Assembly (NCBI GenBank): GCA_009889685.1
Contig: WTZT01000001.1
Coordinates: 1 to 33,637 of the forward strand
Direction: 5' to 3'
Source of the DNA: Candidatus Hikarchaeia archaeon HikBin4
GTDB lineage: Archaea > Halobacteriota > Halobacteria > Halobacteriales > Hikarchaeaceae
DNA: 33,637 nucleotides
Made by a program: the position numbers and the translations under genes. Below, in pieces: positions 28,497-33,637 of the stretch. The notes beneath the pieces are model-generated. The model was not told the DNA's origin, did no database searches, and saw only the letters and a list, made by a program, of their open reading frames with translations. How positions within the stretch are numbered: the stretch's first letter is position 1; each line of letters opens with the position of its first letter.

Positions 28497-29569
28497 ACCC
28501 CAAAGACCTCCTCGGCATTTTTCGCCAGAATCCCGGCCTTCTCCTCCTCTGTCAGGAATGTCAACCCAGCTATCGCACTTGGATCATCAAAATCTTCGTG
28601 AGGATAGTCTGACGCATACATAAGACGCTCCGGACCACCAAGCATCTCGATAACATATTGTAGATACTTCTTATCTGGAACTATCTCCATTGGCTGAGTT
28701 CCATAATAAAATTCTTTCATATATTCTGAAGGACGCTTTCTCAGCAACACCGCCTCGTCTTGCATTCTAAGATATTCCATATCCATCCGATACATCATCA
28801 TTGGTATCCAAAACAAACCAGTTTCCTGGAACACAAAATTTAGTTTGGGGAACTTCTCAGGAACCCCTTGGGCGACGACATTCGCAATTGTTGTCATATT
28901 ATCAAATAAAAATCCTAGAGCATGTGTCTCCATTATTGTTGTAAAACCTGATACCCATCCAAAATTATCTAGAGTGGCACTACCTCCGTGGAACAACACA
29001 GGTAAATCCGCACGTTGGCACGCATCGTAAATTGGATCATATTTCCTATGCCCCATTGGGGGTTGAATTCGAGCTGTCAACACACAAGCACCAATAACTG
29101 CCTTTTCATCAGCGTATTCATCTATGAGTTCTGCAGCCTTCACCGGGTCATTATATGGAACTGGAATTGACATATACATGCCCTCGTCTGCATCTGCTAT
29201 TTTATCAAGCATATATTGTATATATGCCTCTGCAAACTTCGTCTGCCGCTTGTCTTCCTCTAGCATAGCAAATGTGAGAATTTGTTCAGATAACAACAAT
29301 ATTTTGTCAAAGGACATTTCTTCCATTAGCTGTACAACCCCCTCCTTTGTATTGAAATCAACATCCCGCCTCTTAATGCTAGGATAATTAAATCCATCCG
29401 GTCTTGATAGACTTGGCCAAAATGATATGGGCACGCTCCTTTTGGTTGTACTACCATACTCAAACTTTAATTTCCATGGATCGTCATCGTCAATATAATC
29501 CACTATATCATACAAAGTTTCTACGTAGTGGGCATCCGTATCAAAAATAGTCTTTCCACCCATTGTCAT
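28493..29569 (-). CDS. Amidohydrolase_2-fold TIM-barrel protein; probable amidohydrolase-related dinuclear oxygenase
   Basis: Motifs DTDAH, YDPIY, LFHGG, GVPEKFPKL, FQETG, PSEY and ASDYPHED. Translationally coupled to the Rieske gene. Confidence 0.88.
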   Translation of the reverse strand: MTMGGKTIFDTDAHYVETLYDIVDYIDDDDPWKLKFEYGSTTKRSVPISFWPSLSRPDGFNYPSIKRRDVDFNTKEGVVQLMEEMSFDKILLLSEQILTFAMLEEDKRQTKFAEAYIQYMLDKIADADEGMYMSIPVPYNDPVKAAELIDEYADEKAVIGACVLTARIQPPMGHRKYDPIYDACQRADLPVLFHGGSATLDNFGWVSGFTTIMETHALGFLFDNMTTIANVVAQGVPEKFPKLNFVFQETGLFWIPMMMYRMDMEYLRMQDEAVLLRKRPSEYMKEFYYGTQPMEIVPDKKYLQYVIEMLGGPERLMYASDYPHEDFDDPSAIAGLTFLTEEEKAGILAKNAEEVFGV

Positions 29570-29595
29570 ATCGATCTATTAGGTCTTGAAATACC

Positions 29596-29647
29596 AAATA
29601 TAAGTCGATTTAGTAATCCCGGGGGATTAATCACTCCTTGGATACAA
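29596..29647 (-). promoter_or_regulatory. Promoter/operator region of the oxygenase-Rieske unit
   Basis: Minus-strand CTTATATTT (29596-29604), inverted repeat TAATCCC-GG-GGGATTA (29614-29629) and near-palindrome TTGGATACAA (29638-29647). Confidence 0.55.
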
Positions 29648-29662
29648 TATGTTATTGATATA

Positions 29663-31354
29663 TCAATCTGAAAACTTAACATGTATCACCGCGGGTTTTC
29701 CATTCTCAGTCGCTTCTATTGCTCCCCCCAGTGCAGCCTCTAACCGATCTAATTCAACAACAGATTCTGTGTGGCTATCCACAATTTGTGAAGGGGCTGT
29801 AAAGTCGATTGGGTGATTGAATCTGCTCTCTGGAATTCCATCTTGAACAGCTATTCCTTCGGGATGAGTTCTCTTAGTTGAACCTCTAACCGCATTCCAC
29901 CCTTCATTATCATACACTACTGTCAGGGTAGGCACTTTCCTCTCTGCGGATAACCATGCCGTAACCGAAGGGTGCGAGAAAAGATATGCTCCATCTCCTA
30001 CTAAACACCAAGTCTCTCTATCTGGAAATGCCATTTTGGCTCCAACTGCAGCCCCCCCCGCAAACCCAAGCCCAGATCCATACTTTGCAATGTAACTTCC
30101 TGGGTTGACCAACTCTAAATTATTTAGTATACCCCCCGTGCTAGTGGTAGCATCCGTTACTATCATTGCATTTTTGTCCTTCACTCTATTGATGACGGCA
30201 GAAATAGTTGCAGAATTTAATTTGTTATCTTTAATTTGTTCATTAACACTTTCACTTCGTTTTTCTCTCTTTTTCGCACTGATATTTCCCCAAAACAATC
30301 GCCCACTTTCGCCATCTGCTGGATCTAATTTTTCAGATACTAATTTTAGTGTCTTAATAGGATCTGCAGCTATTGCCATATCTATATCAAAATCCCAATG
30401 TGGGTATGTGTGCTTCAGTGGATTATTTTCAATTTGAATTATTGGAATTTCCTTTGATGGGGCCGAAATAGAGGGAACCCATGGAACATCTGTATCGGCT
30501 AATATTATTAAATCAGCATGATCAAATACATCACCCGGAACGAAACCAACATGTTGTGGATGATTTCGTGGAAAATTCAACACACATGGGGCATGCTCAA
30601 TTACCCCTGTCCCTGAAACTTCAACAAATTCTATCAACGCAGAAACATTTTCATTTACGGGAGGACTTCCCATCCGACTAGTAATTATTACTGGACGCTC
30701 TGCAGATTCTACAAACGAAGAAATATCTTTAACAGTCTTTTCGTCCGCACCTGTCGTTCTAATTGAAATGGGACCTCTGAAATCCAATGAACATTTTACT
30801 TCTAATGCTTCTCTTGCAGCTGTCAAATAGACTGGACCTGCCGGAGGTCCTTTCGATAAAGCAACCGCACGCCTAATCATAGAAACTGGATTTGCAGGGG
30901 GCCTATATTCTGTCACCCATCTGCAGTACTCTCTTACGATATCCGACTGCTGAAAAGTATCCTGTAGGTAGTGCACCACGTGATCTCTTGACCCAACATG
31001 ACCCGTGTCGGTTACCGGGGCCAGCCCAGCTATTATTATCACTGGGATATTCGACCGATGGGCATTATGCATTGCTGCACCGAGATTTTGAGTTCCCACA
31101 TCTACATGAACCAACACCGCCTGAGGTTTTCCGGTGGCAGCTGTGTACCCGTGCGCGGTACTAAGTGCAACAAATTCATGGGGGCAAACAACAACTTCCG
31201 GCATCTTTCCATCTCCTCTTCTGATCTTTGCAGCCGCTTCTATCAATGGAGTGTGATCCGTTCCATAATTAGCAAACAAATATTCTACACCTTGGAGTGA
31301 CAACGAACGAAGAATGGCTTCTGCAGCAGTAATTTTCTCTTTTTTGGAGCTCAT
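29663..31354 (-). CDS. Thiamine-pyrophosphate-requiring enzyme (acetolactate synthase/benzoylformate decarboxylase superfamily)
   Basis: LFANYGTD, HE (catalytic Glu), VHVDVGTQN, GPVYL and the TPP motif GDGAYLF...YDNEGW. Confidence 0.92.
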   Translation of the reverse strand: MSSKKEKITAAEAILRSLSLQGVEYLFANYGTDHTPLIEAAAKIRRGDGKMPEVVVCPHEFVALSTAHGYTAATGKPQAVLVHVDVGTQNLGAAMHNAHRSNIPVIIIAGLAPVTDTGHVGSRDHVVHYLQDTFQQSDIVREYCRWVTEYRPPANPVSMIRRAVALSKGPPAGPVYLTAAREALEVKCSLDFRGPISIRTTGADEKTVKDISSFVESAERPVIITSRMGSPPVNENVSALIEFVEVSGTGVIEHAPCVLNFPRNHPQHVGFVPGDVFDHADLIILADTDVPWVPSISAPSKEIPIIQIENNPLKHTYPHWDFDIDMAIAADPIKTLKLVSEKLDPADGESGRLFWGNISAKKREKRSESVNEQIKDNKLNSATISAVINRVKDKNAMIVTDATTSTGGILNNLELVNPGSYIAKYGSGLGFAGGAAVGAKMAFPDRETWCLVGDGAYLFSHPSVTAWLSAERKVPTLTVVYDNEGWNAVRGSTKRTHPEGIAVQDGIPESRFNHPIDFTAPSQIVDSHTESVVELDRLEAALGGAIEATENGKPAVIHVKFSD

Positions 31355-31385
31355 CTTTGACTATATTAGTATCTTCATTCGTTTA

Positions 31386-32030
31386 TCACTTCTGCGACAT
31401 CGATCCCCCAATCTCATCAGGATATTTTTGGGACCCCTCTTTAGTTTTCCGTGCAACAAGTGACGCTACCGCCATCGATCCTCTATCCACTCTTCGAATC
31501 CCCTCCTTATAATATAGGACTGTCATATCTCTGAAATGATCCAGCAGCTCGTTTGATTTAAATCGATATTTATCTTTACTTGGGCCTCTATCCACCTGAT
31601 CTTCTGTTCTAATGTGGTGCTCGTATATGATCATCCCCCCAGGTCTCAGTGATTTCTTAATCGTTTGCATCATGTTTTTTTCACAAAAAAAGAAGTCAAC
31701 TACTATGACATCATATTCCCTCTCTGCAAACTCAAATTCATCAATATCTCCTAATATCCAATTAACATTCACCCCCGCATTCTTCCCGCGCTCCTTTGCC
31801 CTTGACAAAGCAATAGTAGAAACATCTATTGCATCTACTTCGTAACCCATTTCTGCCAAATACACAGAATTCCTCCCATTTCCACAAGCCACTTCCAAAC
31901 AACGTTTTCCCTTCCATTCTGTCCCTTCTATTGCTATCTTTATTAGAGAAGAAGCTTCGCTCCTCGGACGATATTCTCCCGACAAGTATCTTTCATCCCA
32001 TTTAGCACCTTGGTTACTTTTACTTGTCAT
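31386..32030 (-). CDS. Class I SAM-dependent methyltransferase (TehB-like)
   Basis: WDERY, LEVACGNGRN, IDVS, YDVIV and LRPGG. Start ATG 32030 overlaps the upstream stop by 11 nt. Confidence 0.9.
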   Translation of the reverse strand: MTSKSNQGAKWDERYLSGEYRPRSEASSLIKIAIEGTEWKGKRCLEVACGNGRNSVYLAEMGYEVDAIDVSTIALSRAKERGKNAGVNVNWILGDIDEFEFAEREYDVIVVDFFFCEKNMMQTIKKSLRPGGMIIYEHHIRTEDQVDRGPSKDKYRFKSNELLDHFRDMTVLYYKEGIRRVDRGSMAVASLVARKTKEGSQKYPDEIGGSMSQK

Positions 32031-32589
32031 TTCTTTCCATTCTTTCCGATAAACCAATTGTTTCTTGTACCATCTCTTCTATTCTATTTTTCACTTCCAG
32101 ACTCTCCAAGTCAAAGCCCCCACCTCCGAAATCAGGCTCTATAGCAAAGACGCTCGTATTGGCAACTTCTACTCCTAAATAAACGAACACCGGTCTTAAT
32201 TGCGAGTCAATTATTAAATTATGCTGTCTATTCCGTCCAGACATCACAATACCAGCAACTCTTTTTTTTTCTTTGAATTCTTGCCATGGTGTGTAATCAA
32301 TAAGATTCTTAAGTGCCCCCGAAATTCCTAAAAAATATACTGGAGATCCGATAAAGTAAATATCCGCATCAAGATACTTCTTTACAGTCTCTCTAGTCAC
32401 ATCATCCCATTCATTTTGATCCTTACTCCTGAAAACTGGTAATTCTATACTCCCTAGATCTATATTCTCATATTCTAAATTTTTACTTTCTAACACTTCT
32501 CCCACATATTTCATCAACGCCCTAACTCTAGATGGTTCCCTCCGACTACCGCAAATCACCACGATGTTAGCTGAATTAATAGATCCCAT
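32020..32589 (-). CDS. NAD(P)H-dependent FMN reductase (SsuE/MsuE-like flavodoxin fold)
   Basis: ICGSRREPS (GSxRxxS) and GSPVYFLGISGALKNLID. Start ATG 32589 or 32610 is more likely than TTG 32643. Confidence 0.9.
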   Translation of the reverse strand: MGSINSANIVVICGSRREPSRVRALMKYVGEVLESKNLEYENIDLGSIELPVFRSKDQNEWDDVTRETVKKYLDADIYFIGSPVYFLGISGALKNLIDYTPWQEFKEKKRVAGIVMSGRNRQHNLIIDSQLRPVFVYLGVEVANTSVFAIEPDFGGGGFDLESLEVKNRIEEMVQETIGLSERMERNDK

Positions 32590-32713
32590 ACTAGCAACAT
32601 ATGATTTCATCCCTTTTACCTCTTCTTCATATTTTTCTGCCAATCTAGAACAGTAATCTTTTCACCCCTTCGAAGAAGATTTCTTTCACAGCTACACATT
32701 TAAAGATATAATC

Positions 32714-33637
32714 GTGAAACAAGAAACTATCCCCGAAGTCAATATAGGCCTTGTTGGTCATGTCGACCATGGGAAAACAACACTAGTAAAAGCGTTGTCT
32801 GGAACCTGGACTGATCAACACTCTGAAGAACTCAAACGTGGCATTTCAATTCGACTTGGCTATGCAGACGCGACATTTAGAAAATGCCCCGATTGCGAAG
32901 ATCCAACTTCTTATCTATTATCTGAAACCTGCCCCCATCATAACAAAAAAACGGATCCCTTACGTACTGTCTCTTTTGTAGATGCACCTGGGCATGAAAC
33001 TCTCATGGCGACCATGTTATCTGGGGCGGCACTTATGGATGGGGCAGTATTAGTCGTCAGCGCAACCGAATCAGTACCCCAACCCCAAACAGAGGAACAT
33101 TTAATGGCCCTAGAAACCATTGGAATCTCAAACATAGTCATTGCTCAAACCAAGATAGATCTAGTCGATTTTGAAACTGCCAGAGACCACTATGAAAAAC
33201 TCAAAGAATTTTTTTCTGGAACTATAGCTAAAAATGCCCCTATAATTCCTATTTGCGCTGATCAAAACATCAATATAGATTCCCTCATCAAATCAATAGA
33301 AGAACATATACCAACACCCAAACGAGATGGAAAATCTCCCCCTCTGATGTATGTGGCTAGAAGTTTTGATATAAATCGTCCCGGGGCAACTTGGGACCAG
33401 TTAGTGGGAGGCGTTTTAGGAGGATCTCTCGTTCAAGGACAGTTCTCTGTTGGAGATGAATTAGAAATATCTCCTGGAAGGCGCATATCCACTTCAGGCA
33501 AAATTGAATACCTCCCCATCATAGCAACCATAAAATCCATTAGAGCTGGTAATTCTACTCTTGACACAGTCGGGCCCGGGGGTCTCATAGGAATTGGAAC
33601 TGGGCTAGATCCTTCTCTCACAAAAAGCGATGGTTTG
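32714..33637 (+). CDS. eif2g: Translation initiation factor aIF2 gamma subunit, 3'-truncated (absent from the ORF track)
   Basis: Manual translation from GTG 32714: [39 protein letters not shown]...[37 protein letters not shown] and [10 protein letters not shown]. The frame is open to the window end. Confidence 0.97.
   Translation, partial: MKQETIPEVNIGLVGHVDHGKTTLVKALSGTWTDQHSEELKRGISIRLGYADATFRKCPDCEDPTSYLLSETCPHHNKKTDPLRTVSFVDAPGHETLMATMLSGAALMDGAVLVVSATESVPQPQTEEHLMALETIGISNIVIAQTKIDLVDFETARDHYEKLKEFFSGTIAKNAPIIPICADQNINIDSLIKSIEEHIPTPKRDGKSPPLMYVARSFDINRPGATWDQLVGGVLGGSLVQGQFSVGDELEISPGRRISTSGKIEYLPIIATIKSIRAGNSTLDTVGPGGLIGIGTGLDPSLTKSDGL

Noticed and set aside
29663..31354. Biosynthetic acetolactate synthase ilvB
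   Set aside because: The N-terminal motif is NYGTD rather than GxPGG, there are no ilvN/ilvC neighbours, and the context is catabolic.
31386..32030. Tellurite resistance gene tehB
   Set aside because: The resemblance is to a generic class I methyltransferase, with no tehA or resistance context.
2147..32643. N-terminal extensions in the ORF track (argF 2147, metX 4493, uvrC 9371, mdh 18486, hel308 19797, CocE 27153, MTase 32057, reductase 32643)
   Set aside because: Homology onset, ATGA coupling, SD or TATA spacing point to downstream starts, and the extensions overlap promoters or neighbouring genes.
22598..32713. Mobile element or integrative island boundaries
   Set aside because: No integrase, transposase, tRNA or flanking direct repeats were seen, and composition resembles the core genes.
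744..33621. Numerous short antisense or out-of-frame ORFs in the track (e.g. 744-1040, 6457-6891, 11073-11576, 20588-20989, 24009-24374, 32938-33141, 33433-33621)
   Set aside because: They lie within or largely overlap well-supported genes and show no motifs, consistent with shadow ORFs.
1..33637. tRNA, rRNA, CRISPR array or intein
   Set aside because: Intergenic gaps are about 135 bp or less and AT-rich with no cloverleaf or repeat-spacer pattern, and the helicases and other proteins are normal length.

Overview
Gene-dense, AT-rich (about 38-41% GC by eye) archaeal chromosome segment. The proteins are recognisably haloarchaeal orthologues but lack the high GC and extreme acidity of classical halophiles, which best fits a streamlined marine Halobacteria relative such as Hikarchaeia/Marine Group IV (inference). 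Bases 1-22.6 kb are housekeeping genes: the end of a LysW-type arginine operon (argD-argE-argF), a class V aminotransferase, metX, serB, serA, thrC, uvrC, uvrB, glyS, hef, a Zn-finger protein, mdh, a ferredoxin, hel308 and cgi121. From recall, this gene set flanks oriC1 in Haloferax. Bases 22.6-32.6 kb are an accessory oxidative-catabolic island: a truncated RDD-like membrane protein, a lone xanthine-dehydrogenase-family Mo subunit, a CocE/NonD hydrolase, a luciferase-like monooxygenase, a Rieske ferredoxin, an 'amidohydrolase', a TPP enzyme, a SAM methyltransferase and an FMN reductase. The window ends inside aIF2-gamma, which the ORF track missed. The best candidate for a new system is the 'amidohydrolase' translationally coupled to the Rieske protein. 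Its ligand pattern (DxDxH / H / E / DxxHxD) matches amidohydrolase-related dinuclear oxygenases (PtmU3/AibH type), suggesting an archaeal di-metal C-H hydroxylase in an uncharacterised degradation pathway. No RNA genes, CRISPR arrays or mobile elements were seen.
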